Shown: positions 18,374 to 28,074 of the stretch, one piece after another | Layout: the number at the start of each line of letters is the position of its first letter | Numbering within the stretch: the first letter of the stretch is position 1 | NCBI GenBank assembly: GCA_052386995.1 | Contig: JBQTJP010000092.1 | Location: forward strand, 1-29,981 | Length of the DNA stretch: 29,981 bases | From: Armatimonadota bacterium | Lineage (GTDB): Bacteria > Sysuimicrobiota > Sysuimicrobiia > Sysuimicrobiales > Humicultoraceae | Direction: 5' to 3' | Translations under genes and position numbers: made by a program | The notes under the pieces: model-generated | What the model was told of the DNA's origin: nothing | The model's database searches: none | What the model saw: only the letters and a program-made list of their open reading frames with translations

Positions 18374-21300
18374 ATGGATTACGTTCCTCTCTGGTGTAAG
18401 ACCAACTTCTCATTTCACGAGGGTGCCTCGCATGCCGAGGAACTCGTCGAAGAAGCGCACCGGCTCGGCCTGCGCGCGATTGCAATCACTGACCGTGACG
18501 GTGTCTACGGGATCGTTGAAGCGCACCTGAAGGCGCGGGAGCTGGGCGTGCAACTGCTCGTGGGCGCTCAGGTCACAATGGTTGACGGCACGGTGATTGT
18601 GCTGCTCGCGCGCGACCGTGCGGGGTATGCGAATCTCTGTCGACTGCTGACGGTCGGTCGGCTGCGCTGTCCCAAAGGCGAGAGTCTCGTGACGTGGGAA
18701 GAGGTCTGCAGCCACGCCGCGGGGTTGATCGCCCTGTGGGGTGGCGATCGGAGCCTGCTCGTCGCGGAGTCTGTTCCAGAGTCCGGGCCGCACCCGGACC
18801 GGCTTCTAGACGGCGTGGCCGCACGTCTGCGTGACGCGTTTGGTGACGCGCTGTATGCGATGGCCGCACGACACCGGCGCGACACAGAAGTACGCGAGGA
18901 GGCCCGACTCCGTGATCGGGCGGCGCGATATGGGATCCCGGTGGCAGCCGCGGTGGAGGTGCTGTATCACACGCCGTCTCGCCGGCCCGTGCAGGACGCA
19001 CTCACGTGTATTCGCCACGGCGTGACCCTTGCAGAGGCCGGGGAGCTTCTTGAGCCCAACGGCGAGCACGACTTGAAAAGCCCGTTTGCGTTTGCGGCCC
19101 TGTTCGAGAACGACCCCCGGGCGGTGTCCCTGACTAATGAGATCGCGTCGCGCTGCACATTTTCGCTGACTGAACTCCGGTACCGGTACCCATCCGAAAT
19201 CCTTCCGGACGGCAAGACATCATCGCAGTGGCTGCGCGAGCTGACCTTCGCCGGCGCCCAGGAGCGCTACGGCTTCAGCATCCCGTCGAACGCTGTGGCG
19301 CAGATCGAACGGGAACTGGCCCTCATCGATGAGCTGGACTACTGCGGCTACTTCCTCACGATGCATGAGATCGTACGGTTCTGCCGCTCGCGCGGGATTC
19401 TCTGCCAGGGACGGGGCTCGGCCGCGAATTCCGCGGTGTGCTACAGCCTGGGGATCACGGCCGTCGATCCGGTGCGGATGGATCTGCTCTTTGAGCGGTT
19501 CCTGTCACGCGAGCGGGCCGAACCGCCTGACATCGATCTTGATATCGAGCACAACCTTCGCGAGGATGCCATCCAGTGGATGTATCACAAGTATGGCCGC
19601 GACCGGGCGGCGATGGTCGCCAATGTCATTCGGTATCGCACCCGGTCGGCGGTGCGCGATGTCGGCAAGGCCCTGGGGCTGTCGCCGACTACGCTCGATC
19701 GCCTGGCGAAACTCCATTCTCATTACGGGGATGTCGCGCCGAGCGTCCTGCGAGAGGCGGGCCTGGATCCCGATGCGCCGTTGCACCAACATCTGATGCA
19801 GCTGGCCAACGAGATCCTCGACTTCCCCCGCCATCTGTCGATTCACCCGGGGGGCTTCCTGCTCGGTCACGAGCCCGTGTCCACGCTCGTGCCGATCGAG
19901 AACGCGACGATGCCCGAGCGGACGGTGATCCAGTGGGACAAGGACAGCGTGGAGGGCGTGGGTCTGTTCAAGGTGGACCTGCTCGGCCTGGGGGCCCTGA
20001 CGCAGTTACATCTCGCTTTCGATCAATTAAAAGGGCATCGTGGGATCGACCTCTCGATGGCGACGATCCCCTGGGATGATGCCGAGACGTTTGACTGGAT
20101 CTGCCGGGCCGACACAATCGGCGTGTTCCAGATCGAGAGCCGCGCGCAAATGGCGATGCTGCCACGGCTGCGGCCACGATCGTACTACGATCTGGTGGTC
20201 GAGGTCAGCATCGTGCGGCCGGGACCAATCGTGGGCGGGATGGTCCATCCGTATCTACGCCGGCGGCACGGCGGTGAGCCGGTGGAGTATCCGCATCCGT
20301 CGCTCCAGCCGGTCCTCGCCAAGACCCTGGGCGTGCCGCTGTTTCAAGAACAGGTCATCCGCCTGGCCATGGTCGCCGCAGACTACACGCCAGGCGAAGC
20401 GGATCAACTGCGCCGCGATATGGCGGCCTGGCGGCGGTCGGGCCGGATCGAGCGGCACCGCGATCGGTTGATCTCGCGCATGCAGGCCAAGGGCATCGCG
20501 CCCGAGTTCGCATCGCGCGTCTTCGAACAGATTCGCGGATTCGGCGAGTACGGGTTCCCGGAATGCGTTGTTGGCGAGACAAGGGTTGTCGACGCTACCA
20601 CAGGACGTTGGGTCACCATCGACGATGTCGTACAGGGTCGAGTGAGGCTCAGGACCACACTCGTCTGTGACACCGAACTGCGGGTCCGCAGACGGAAGGT
20701 TCTGAAGGTCACCATAAGCGGGCCGCGACCGGTCTTCCGGATTCGCACGACGCTCGGACGGTCCGTCATCGCCACTGCCGAGCACCCGATCCTCACCATG
20801 AGCGGCTGGCGCCCCCTGGGATCGCTACGCCCAGGCGACCATATCGCCGCGGCACGCCGGCTTCCCGCGCTAGGGCGACGTCGCTGGCCGCGCTACGAGA
20901 TCATTGTCCTCGCAGATCTTCTGGCTGAAGGGAATCTGTGTCACCCTACGACGCTGTACTTCTACACGACGAGCGTTCTGTATCGGGACGAGTTCGTCCG
21001 ATGTGTTGAGCGTTTCCCCAACACCCGCGCCACCGTCGCGTGGCATCGAAGCGCACATAGCGTCCATGTTCGCCGAAAGGATCCTACTCGACCCATCGGC
21101 GTGGTTGAGTGGGTACGGCGCCATGGTCTTCTTGGCGCGGGCGCCCGTGACAAGCGGGTGCCTGACGAGGTCTTCGAACTGCGGGGTACCGATCTTGCGC
21201 TGCTGCTTGCCCGTCTCTGGGAAGGTGACGGCCATCTGTCGTCATCAGCCCCACACGCCTCCTACGACACCGTTTCCCGCCAGCTCGCCGAGCAGGTCCA

Positions 21301-22648
21301 GCATCTTCTCCTGAGGCTGGGAATCGTTTCGCGTCTCTATGAACGCACGCGTCCATACAGAGACCGATCTGTAACCAGCTTTACTGTGACGGTGACTGGC
21401 AGCACGAATCTGGCCCGCTTCTACCTGATGATCGCGCGGCGTTTCCTCAATCCAGCCAAGCGGCGAGTAGCCCGTTCGCTTCTATTCGGCCTCGATAGAA
21501 ACGGATCGGCCAGCGCTCTGGCAAGCGGGAGTCTCGAGGCAACCGACAGCGGCCGTATGTCGCGCGACATCTACTGGGATCGCATTGCAGCGGTTGAACC
21601 ACTTGGCGTGCAGGAAACATACGACCTCCACGTTGAGGGAGATCACAACTTTCTCGCCAACGACCTCGTCGTCCACAACTCGCATGCCGCCAGCTTCGCC
21701 CTGGTCGCGTTCGCGTCGGCCTACCTCAAGCGCCACTATCACGCAGAGTTCACCTGCTCGCTGTTGAACGCACAACCCATGGGCTTCTACGCGCCGTCGA
21801 CGATCGTCGAGGACGCCCGACGGCATGGGGTGGAAGTCTACACCATCGATGTCTTGCGCAGCGCGTGGGACTGTACGCTTGAAGAGCTGCGCTCCTCACA
21901 AGACCCGCACGACGCGGGGGAGCAACTCGACGGCGGGTGGCGCTTTGGCGTGCGAATGGGGCTTCGCTACGTGAAGGGCCTGGGTGAAGACGATGGGAAG
22001 CGCATCACGGCGGCGCGCGCAGATGCGACCTTTGAGTCACTCGACGACTTCGCGCGCAGAACCGGCCTGGACGCCGGAGCCCTGGTTGCTCTGGCAAGGT
22101 CCGGAGCCTTCGAGGGGCTGGGCGTAGCCCGACGGGAGGCGCTGTGGCAGGTCCGGGCGCTTGCCAAACGCCACGGCATGACGTTATCGGTCGAGATGAT
22201 CGATACGATTCCGAAATTCGATGGCCTCAATCCCTTCGAGGTCATTGCCTGGGACTACGACGCCACGTCCCACAGCGTCCGCGGGCATCCGCTGGAGCCG
22301 CTCCGGCAGCAACTCAGCGCTTCCGGCCTGCCCGACGCGCAGACGGTGGCGGCTCTCAAAGACGGCGAGACCGTGCGCTATGCAGGCCTGGTGATCTGCC
22401 GGCAGACACCGGGCACCGCATCCGGCGTGACGTTCATGACCCTGGAGGATGAGACGGGACTCGTGAACCTCGTCGTATGGCCACGCGTGTTCGAGGACAA
22501 TGCGCGGCTCGCGAAGTCCGCACCGCTGCTGGGAGTGACAGGCCGGCTGCAGAAACAGCAGGGTGTCGTCCACATCGTTGTACAGAAAATGTGGAAGCCC
22601 GATCTGAGCACGCGGCTTCCGGCCGTGCCCAGCCGCGACTTTCGATGA
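18374..22648 (+). CDS. dnaE2: Error-prone DNA polymerase DnaE2 (ImuC), intein-containing precursor
   Basis: PHP N-terminus NFSFHEGASHAEEL, QGRGSAANSAVCY, PPDIDLD, FPRHLSIHPGG, KVDLLGLG, GVTFMTLEDETG, terminal SRDFR. Confidence 0.97.
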   Translation: MDYVPLWCKTNFSFHEGASHAEELVEEAHRLGLRAIAITDRDGVYGIVEAHLKARELGVQLLVGAQVTMVDGTVIVLLARDRAGYANLCRLLTVGRLRCPKGESLVTWEEVCSHAAGLIALWGGDRSLLVAESVPESGPHPDRLLDGVAARLRDAFGDALYAMAARHRRDTEVREEARLRDRAARYGIPVAAAVEVLYHTPSRRPVQDALTCIRHGVTLAEAGELLEPNGEHDLKSPFAFAALFENDPRAVSLTNEIASRCTFSLTELRYRYPSEILPDGKTSSQWLRELTFAGAQERYGFSIPSNAVAQIERELALIDELDYCGYFLTMHEIVRFCRSRGILCQGRGSAANSAVCYSLGITAVDPVRMDLLFERFLSRERAEPPDIDLDIEHNLREDAIQWMYHKYGRDRAAMVANVIRYRTRSAVRDVGKALGLSPTTLDRLAKLHSHYGDVAPSVLREAGLDPDAPLHQHLMQLANEILDFPRHLSIHPGGFLLGHEPVSTLVPIENATMPERTVIQWDKDSVEGVGLFKVDLLGLGALTQLHLAFDQLKGHRGIDLSMATIPWDDAETFDWICRADTIGVFQIESRAQMAMLPRLRPRSYYDLVVEVSIVRPGPIVGGMVHPYLRRRHGGEPVEYPHPSLQPVLAKTLGVPLFQEQVIRLAMVAADYTPGEADQLRRDMAAWRRSGRIERHRDRLISRMQAKGIAPEFASRVFEQIRGFGEYGFPECVVGETRVVDATTGRWVTIDDVVQGRVRLRTTLVCDTELRVRRRKVLKVTISGPRPVFRIRTTLGRSVIATAEHPILTMSGWRPLGSLRPGDHIAAARRLPALGRRRWPRYEIIVLADLLAEGNLCHPTTLYFYTTSVLYRDEFVRCVERFPNTRATVAWHRSAHSVHVRRKDPTRPIGVVEWVRRHGLLGAGARDKRVPDEVFELRGTDLALLLARLWEGDGHLSSSAPHASYDTVSRQLAEQVQHLLLRLGIVSRLYERTRPYRDRSVTSFTVTVTGSTNLARFYLMIARRFLNPAKRRVARSLLFGLDRNGSASALASGSLEATDSGRMSRDIYWDRIAAVEPLGVQETYDLHVEGDHNFLANDLVVHNSHAASFALVAFASAYLKRHYHAEFTCSLLNAQPMGFYAPSTIVEDARRHGVEVYTIDVLRSAWDCTLEELRSSQDPHDAGEQLDGGWRFGVRMGLRYVKGLGEDDGKRITAARADATFESLDDFARRTGLDAGALVALARSGAFEGLGVARREALWQVRALAKRHGMTLSVEMIDTIPKFDGLNPFEVIAWDYDATSHSVRGHPLEPLRQQLSASGLPDAQTVAALKDGETVRYAGLVICRQTPGTASGVTFMTLEDETGLVNLVVWPRVFEDNARLAKSAPLLGVTGRLQKQQGVVHIVVQKMWKPDLSTRLPAVPSRDFR
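20564..21679 (+). mobile_element. Intein (372 aa) with LAGLIDADG endonuclease domain
   Basis: Interrupts YGFPE|SHAASFA. Starts CVVGET; block B ATAEHP; EN motifs LADLLAEG and LARLWEGDG; ends TYDLHVEGDHNFLANDLVVHN, +1 Ser. Confidence 0.97.
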
Positions 22649-22664
22649 GTGAGGGGAGGGGACA

Positions 22665-23750
22665 CTAGCGCCCGACCCGGAGGATCAGGTTGACGTTCCC
22701 CGCATTGCTTGTCGACATGTACACCGCCCCGTCGGGTCCCATGATCGCATCACGCAGGCGACCGTACACGCCTTCGTAGAGACGTTGCTCGGCTACCACG
22801 GTCGGCGATCCCGGTCCGGCAAACCGCAGCCGGTGCAGATGCACCCCCCGCAGACAGGTGAAGAGGAGATCCCCGTTCCATTCAGGGATCATGGTGCCGC
22901 TCGCGAACACGCCGCCCGATGGCGCGCACGTATCCTGCGTGAATACGAAGACCGGCGAGACGAACGGCGCCGGGTGATTCGGCCCTTCGGCATTCGGCCA
23001 GCCATAGTTCCCGCCGGGCTGGATCCGATTCACTTCATCGTTGCTCGAGTTTCCGTGCTCGGTGGCATAGAGCGTGCTCGACGGATCCCAGGCCAGGCCT
23101 TGGGGGTTCCGGTGGCCGTAGGTCAGTACGTACGTGCCGAATGGGTTGCCCGGAGCGACGCCCCCGGTCAGCGTCAGCCGAACGATCTTGCCGGCCAGCG
23201 ATGAGAGATCCTGCGCGAGAGCCGCGTTGTTGACGTCGCCATTTGTGGCATACAGCAGTCCGTCTGGGCCGACCTTCAGCCTGCCGCCGTTGTGGCGGGC
23301 GTCCGAGCCGGGAAGGTCGTTGAGGATCACGAGATCCTCGGTCGCGGTCGTGGGATTGGTGCCAGACACCAGCAGCCGTGAGATGCGGTTCCGCGGACCG
23401 GCGCCCGTATAGCTGTAGTACACGTAGAGAAAACGGTTGGAGGCAAAGCCCGGATCGACCACCAGTCCCAAGAGGCCGCCCTCGCCCACGGCGCGTACGG
23501 GCAGCGTGATGACGGGCGGGCCCTGAAGGGCGCCGCTTGTGATGACCCGCACGGCTCCGGCACTTCGCTCCGTGAAAAACAGCCGCCCATCGGGGACAAA
23601 CGCCATCGCCCACACGATGTCCAGTCCGCTGGCAATGGTCGTCACGGAGAGGGAACCGCCCCCTCCGGGCGGGAGGCCCGGAATGCTCCCGCAGCCCGCG
23701 GCAATCATGAAGGCGGCGCCGAGCAGCACGAACCCGCGGTAACTTTCCAC
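22665..23750 (-). CDS. PQQ-dependent sugar dehydrogenase family lipoprotein
   Basis: Lipobox-like IAAGC; GEGGLLGL, HNGGRLKVGPDG, YGHRNPQGLAW, EHG..DEVN, NYGWP, GRLRD. Start GTG 23750 is inferred. Confidence 0.88.
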   Translation of the reverse strand: MESYRGFVLLGAAFMIAAGCGSIPGLPPGGGGSLSVTTIASGLDIVWAMAFVPDGRLFFTERSAGAVRVITSGALQGPPVITLPVRAVGEGGLLGLVVDPGFASNRFLYVYYSYTGAGPRNRISRLLVSGTNPTTATEDLVILNDLPGSDARHNGGRLKVGPDGLLYATNGDVNNAALAQDLSSLAGKIVRLTLTGGVAPGNPFGTYVLTYGHRNPQGLAWDPSSTLYATEHGNSSNDEVNRIQPGGNYGWPNAEGPNHPAPFVSPVFVFTQDTCAPSGGVFASGTMIPEWNGDLLFTCLRGVHLHRLRFAGPGSPTVVAEQRLYEGVYGRLRDAIMGPDGAVYMSTSNAGNVNLILRVGR

Positions 23751-23872
23751 AACCTCATCATACCCGGGTCGCGTTCTATTGCACCCGGCCGGCCTGCCAG
23801 GAGAATCCAGAGCGAGATGCGTAAGGTCTATGCGTGCAGGCCTCTGCAGTGGACAGCGCGCGAGGAGGAGAC

Positions 23873-24313
23873 GTGTCGGACAAGCCGGAGCAGAAGAGCG
23901 CAAAACTGGAGAAACCTCGAACCGAGTGGCGCCGGCTTCTCCCGGCTGACGCCTACGCCGTGCTGTTCGAGGAGGCGACCGAACGACCATTTACGAGTTC
24001 GTTGAACGCGGAGAAACGAGACGGGACGTTCGTCTGTGCGGCGTGCAACCTCCCCCTGTTCGTATCGAGCGCGAAATACGACAGCGGGACGGGATGGCCG
24101 AGTTTTGTCGAAGCGCTGCCGGGTGGAGTGGGGACGAAGACCGATTACGCGCTGATCCTGCCGCGCACAGAGTATCATTGCGCGCGGTGCGGAGGCCATC
24201 AGGGGCATGTGTTCCCGGATGGGCCAGAGCCCACGGGACAACGATGGTGCAACAACGGGGTGGCGCTGCGGTTCGTGCCGGAAGGTGAGCCCCTTCCCGA
24301 GCCGCGGACATGA
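23873..24313 (+). CDS. msrB: Peptide-methionine (R)-S-oxide reductase
   Basis: TERPFT, CAAC, KYDSGTGWPSF, CARCGGHQGHVFPDGP, RWCNNG; AGGAGG RBS before GTG 23873. Confidence 0.96.
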   Translation: MSDKPEQKSAKLEKPRTEWRRLLPADAYAVLFEEATERPFTSSLNAEKRDGTFVCAACNLPLFVSSAKYDSGTGWPSFVEALPGGVGTKTDYALILPRTEYHCARCGGHQGHVFPDGPEPTGQRWCNNGVALRFVPEGEPLPEPRT

Positions 24314-25188
24314 GCGCGGGTGTCGATCGACGGAGGCTGCGCGAGGAGATCCATGCGCTCTATCGTGTCGAGCAAGAGACGATGGGCGAGCGCGGCACCC
24401 TCGATCGCCTGGAGCAGGCCCGCCGCTGGGATCTCGCGCCGACGCTGAGGGCCGGTGGGGTGCTCGTCTTCCCGCACGCGGGCGTTCTGGATTGTGGCCA
24501 TCAGACCGCGGCCGTCGTGAACGCATGCCTGGACAGCGGTGCCGACCGTGTCATCGTTGTAAGCGTCCTGCACGCCTTCAGCGACGAGATGCAGGATGCC
24601 CGCGTCCGTGTCGCCGCCGGCGAGGATCCGGCCCAGTGGCCGTTCTGGGGCATCCAAGGTCCGGGCATCGCCGGCCGTGACGAGTGGCGGGATGATCATT
24701 CCCTGGTGAGTTTTCGACACTTCTGGTCGGCTGAGACCCGCCGCCGCGGTGTTTTGCGTCCAGAGGTGATTGAGCGCTACCCTTATCTGGCCGGCGGGAA
24801 GCCCGAGCGGCTGCCGGGTGTCGATGAACTTGCGCGGCTGGCCGAAGGGGCGGTGGTCGTGTCCACCGCAGATCCCTTCCATCACGGCATTGGATACGGC
24901 GACCCGCCCGAGCGGGCGTTACATCCTCACGAGGGCGGGCTGGAACTGGCGCGCCGCACAATCAATGATGGGATTGAGATCCTGGCTCGCGGCGATTATT
25001 GGGGCTACAACCAGTACTGCGTGCGTGCCAAGAGCGATGCGCGCGACGCCGGACAGGTATTCCGCTATCTCCGTGCCGTGACGGCGGGGCGGATCCTCGA
25101 CCTGACATACACCGAAACCGCCGAGCTGTACCAGCAGCCCAGACCTACATGGGTTGCCGCAGCGTTGATCGAATGGAGGAGCGCGTGA
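24310..25188 (+). CDS. Hypothetical protein, distantly MEMO1/LigB-fold-like
   Basis: VFPHAG, DDHSL, VVSTADPFHHG resemble the Memo-family PHAG / EHS / SSDxSH motifs; ATGA overlap with msrB. Confidence 0.6.
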   Translation: MSAGVDRRRLREEIHALYRVEQETMGERGTLDRLEQARRWDLAPTLRAGGVLVFPHAGVLDCGHQTAAVVNACLDSGADRVIVVSVLHAFSDEMQDARVRVAAGEDPAQWPFWGIQGPGIAGRDEWRDDHSLVSFRHFWSAETRRRGVLRPEVIERYPYLAGGKPERLPGVDELARLAEGAVVVSTADPFHHGIGYGDPPERALHPHEGGLELARRTINDGIEILARGDYWGYNQYCVRAKSDARDAGQVFRYLRAVTAGRILDLTYTETAELYQQPRPTWVAAALIEWRSA

Positions 25189-25207
25189 TGCAGCCGCCAT
25201 TCCGGCC

Positions 25208-25528
25208 GTGACGGCTGCCCGCGCCGCGATTGCGGCCTTGTGCCTCTTACTTGGCGCAAGTGCCGCGAACGCGCAGGACGTCTACACCGAAGCTCAGTAC
25301 CTGTTCGGCGTGTCGCAGGGGACCGTCGAGGGCGCCTTCCGGAGCCGCACCTGCGACGAGGCCACCAGGGCGAAGGTTTCGCGACACTGCAGGCAAATCT
25401 GGAGAGCCTCCAGCGATTGCTCAGATAAGTTTGGCGTCGGGACTCGCGACGCCTGCGACAGAAGGACAGTGTGCCCGCGGCGAGAACTTCGAGCATACTC
25501 CGGTCTCCTCAGGGGGTGTTGGCCATGA
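25208..25528 (+). CDS. Small secreted Cys-rich hypothetical protein
   Basis: Signal peptide ending ASAANA|Q, six Cys in the mature part; stop overlaps the next ATG. Confidence 0.6.
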   Translation: MTAARAAIAALCLLLGASAANAQDVYTEAQYLFGVSQGTVEGAFRSRTCDEATRAKVSRHCRQIWRASSDCSDKFGVGTRDACDRRTVCPRRELRAYSGLLRGCWP

Positions 25529-26829
25529 GCCGGCGCACTCACCTCCTTCCTCTCGTCTGTCTCCTTGCGATTCTGACCCATGCCCAGTCAAGTTCCGGCC
25601 AGGCCGATGCGGTGTCCCTCCAGTTGAAGCTGACCCCCGGTGAGGTACTCTTCCACTCGACAACCGGCCACGTGCAGGTAAGCTTCGAGAGCACCGAGGG
25701 CGCGCGTCAGAGCGCTGAGGCCCGGTTCGAACTTCGCGAGGCCATACGCGTTCTCGATATCGCGGCGCTTGGAGCCATCTGGATCGAAGCGACAGTCGAG
25801 GACTACCGTGTGACCGAGCGTGGGGGACAGCCGCGGGAACGGCTCATCCCGGCGGGCAGCTTTCGTGTGGATCCCGATGGAAAGGTCGTTGAGCGCTTTG
25901 CCGATCCGACAGAGCGGCCTGACTTTCCGTTCCCCCTCCCGGGTAAACCCGTCCGCATCGGAGAATCCTGGACCCGCAGCGCAACCTCGACTTCGGGCGA
26001 GATCGTGGTAAAGGGGAATGGAACGTACACGCTTGCGGGACTCACCAGCGGCCCGGACGGCCGCGTCGCGCGCGTGACGTTCATCAATGAGGGCCGCGCG
26101 TCAGGGGGCGGAAACATCCTGGGAATTCCGACGGAAACGCGAGCCTCGTCGAAGGTCACCGGTGAATTGGAGTGGCTGATCGACCGGGGCCGCTGGGGGC
26201 GGTATGGCCAAGAGTTCACAACGACGTCAGATACTCGGGTGTCCGTCCCGGGCTTTTTCGGCTTGGCCCGGCTTACCTCCAAGGCCGCCGTCCGTGCCGA
26301 TCCATTGTCCTCGGCGAGCGTGTCGCCGCCCCTCCCGGCTCCCGATCTGATCGTCACGCCAGGGCAGGGCGTGGGTCCCTTCGGCTTGACGATGACCGTG
26401 GAGGAGCTCAACCGGCGGGTCGGAGCGTCCGAATTTCGCGAGTTCGACCTCGGCTTTCTCTCCCATTCGCTGCGATGGCGCAACGGGCTGGTCGCGTATG
26501 TTGCTCAGGACGACAACAACAAAGTGGTGGGGCTTGAAATCAGCGACCGCCAGTACCGGTCCTCCAAAGGAATCGGCGTCACGATGTCGCAGGGCGCCGT
26601 CATGCTGGCCCACGGGCTCACACCTGTGCGGGTCGAGATGAGCATTCCGGGCCGGGGGCACTACCGTTTGCTCGTGTACAATGACCAGGGGATTGCCTTC
26701 TCGATCGTCTCGGAGGAGAATATCAGAACGCGCACGAGCACAAGCATCCCGGTCGGCCTGGTTGCCTGGGTCACCGTTTTTCCTCCGGGCGCGGGCGGCA
26801 GGATCTTTCCGCTCCCGGGGCAGCGGTAG
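25525..26829 (+). CDS. Secreted beta-strand-rich two-domain hypothetical protein
   Basis: Signal peptide; LPGKPVRIGESW motif; Pro linker; second domain starting IVTPGQGVGPFGLTMT. Confidence 0.7.
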   Translation: MSRRTHLLPLVCLLAILTHAQSSSGQADAVSLQLKLTPGEVLFHSTTGHVQVSFESTEGARQSAEARFELREAIRVLDIAALGAIWIEATVEDYRVTERGGQPRERLIPAGSFRVDPDGKVVERFADPTERPDFPFPLPGKPVRIGESWTRSATSTSGEIVVKGNGTYTLAGLTSGPDGRVARVTFINEGRASGGGNILGIPTETRASSKVTGELEWLIDRGRWGRYGQEFTTTSDTRVSVPGFFGLARLTSKAAVRADPLSSASVSPPLPAPDLIVTPGQGVGPFGLTMTVEELNRRVGASEFREFDLGFLSHSLRWRNGLVAYVAQDDNNKVVGLEISDRQYRSSKGIGVTMSQGAVMLAHGLTPVRVEMSIPGRGHYRLLVYNDQGIAFSIVSEENIRTRTSTSIPVGLVAWVTVFPPGAGGRIFPLPGQR

Positions 26830-26831
26830 GT

Positions 26832-27452
26832 ATGTCCCTGAACCTCTTGCTCATCTTTGCGATGACCGAGCTCGTCCTCTCACTGACGCCCGGCCCGGCT
26901 GTCCTGCTCATCGTGTCTCAAGGGATACGAAATGGTTTCAAGTCAAGCATCCGGGGCGCGCTCGGCATCCTGACCGGCAACGCGATCTACTTCGCACTGT
27001 CGGCGCTGGGACTAGGGGCGCTGTTGCTCGCATCAACCACACTGTTCGAGGCCATCAGATGGGTTGGCGCGGGGTATTTGATCCTCACAGGCGTAAGGAT
27101 GTTGTTCTTGAAGACAGAATCGGAACCCGTTCGGGTGATTCCCTTCGACGCTCCTCTGAAGTTGTTCTCTCAAGGCCTGCTTACCCAATTGTCGAATCCC
27201 AAGGCCATCGTCTTCTTCACGGCCCTTCTTCCGCAGTTCATCTCGCCGGGCGCTAACGTGTGGCGGCAATTTCTCATCCTCGGAATAGTTTCCATCACCG
27301 TGGAGTTCCCCGTGCTGCTCATCTACGGGTGGGTGGCGGAGCAGGGCAAGGGCCGCATTCTCAGGGGCAGGACACCCGCGTTACCGGGGCGTGTGGCGGG
27401 TGGATTCTTGGTCGGTGCGGGGGCAGGTCTTGCCTGGATGCGGAATCACTGA
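26832..27452 (+). CDS. LysE/RhtB family amino-acid exporter
   Basis: SLTPGPAV, GAGYLI, QGLLTQLSNPKAIVFF. Confidence 0.93.
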   Translation: MSLNLLLIFAMTELVLSLTPGPAVLLIVSQGIRNGFKSSIRGALGILTGNAIYFALSALGLGALLLASTTLFEAIRWVGAGYLILTGVRMLFLKTESEPVRVIPFDAPLKLFSQGLLTQLSNPKAIVFFTALLPQFISPGANVWRQFLILGIVSITVEFPVLLIYGWVAEQGKGRILRGRTPALPGRVAGGFLVGAGAGLAWMRNH

Positions 27453-27471
27453 GAAAGGACGTGAGCCTGGG

Positions 27472-28056
27472 ATGAATGATGGGCAACGGACGGACTCGGC
27501 GCGTCACGAAGTTGCGACTCTGGCCGGCGGATGCTTTTGGTGTCTCGAGGCCGTCTTCGACGACCTGCAGGGTGTGGCAGAGGTCGTCTCTGGATACACG
27601 GGGGGCACGGTGCCCAATCCGACCTACGAGCAGGTGTGCACCGGCAGCACCGGCCATGCCGAGGTGGTTCAGGTCACGTTCGATCCGGTCATCGTCTCCT
27701 ATCGCGAGATCCTTGAGGTCTTCTTCACGATCCACGATCCAACGACGCTCAACCGGCAGGGCGCGGATGTGGGGACCCAGTACCGCTCGGCGATCTTTTA
27801 TCATAGCCCCCAGCAAAAAGCGACCGCAGAGCAGGTGATCGCCGAATTTGGCGCGTCCGGCCTCTGGGGCAATCGGATCGTCACTGAGGTGAGGCCTCTC
27901 CAGGCGTTCTATCCGGCCGAGGAGTACCATCAGGAGTACTTTCGGCGGAATCCCACCCAGGGATATTGCCGCGCCGTGGTCGCGCCCAAGGTGGCGAAGT
28001 TCCGCAAGCAGTACCTTTCAAGACTCAAGAAAGTCGGTGGGCCAGCGGGCGACTAG
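27472..28056 (+). CDS. msrA: Peptide-methionine (S)-S-oxide reductase
   Basis: AGGCFWCLE, GYTGG, TGHAEVVQV, HDPTTLNRQGADVGTQYRS, AEEYHQEY. Confidence 0.96.
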   Translation: MNDGQRTDSARHEVATLAGGCFWCLEAVFDDLQGVAEVVSGYTGGTVPNPTYEQVCTGSTGHAEVVQVTFDPVIVSYREILEVFFTIHDPTTLNRQGADVGTQYRSAIFYHSPQQKATAEQVIAEFGASGLWGNRIVTEVRPLQAFYPAEEYHQEYFRRNPTQGYCRAVVAPKVAKFRKQYLSRLKKVGGPAGD

Positions 28057-28074
28057 TAGTTTTCAGTACGTACC

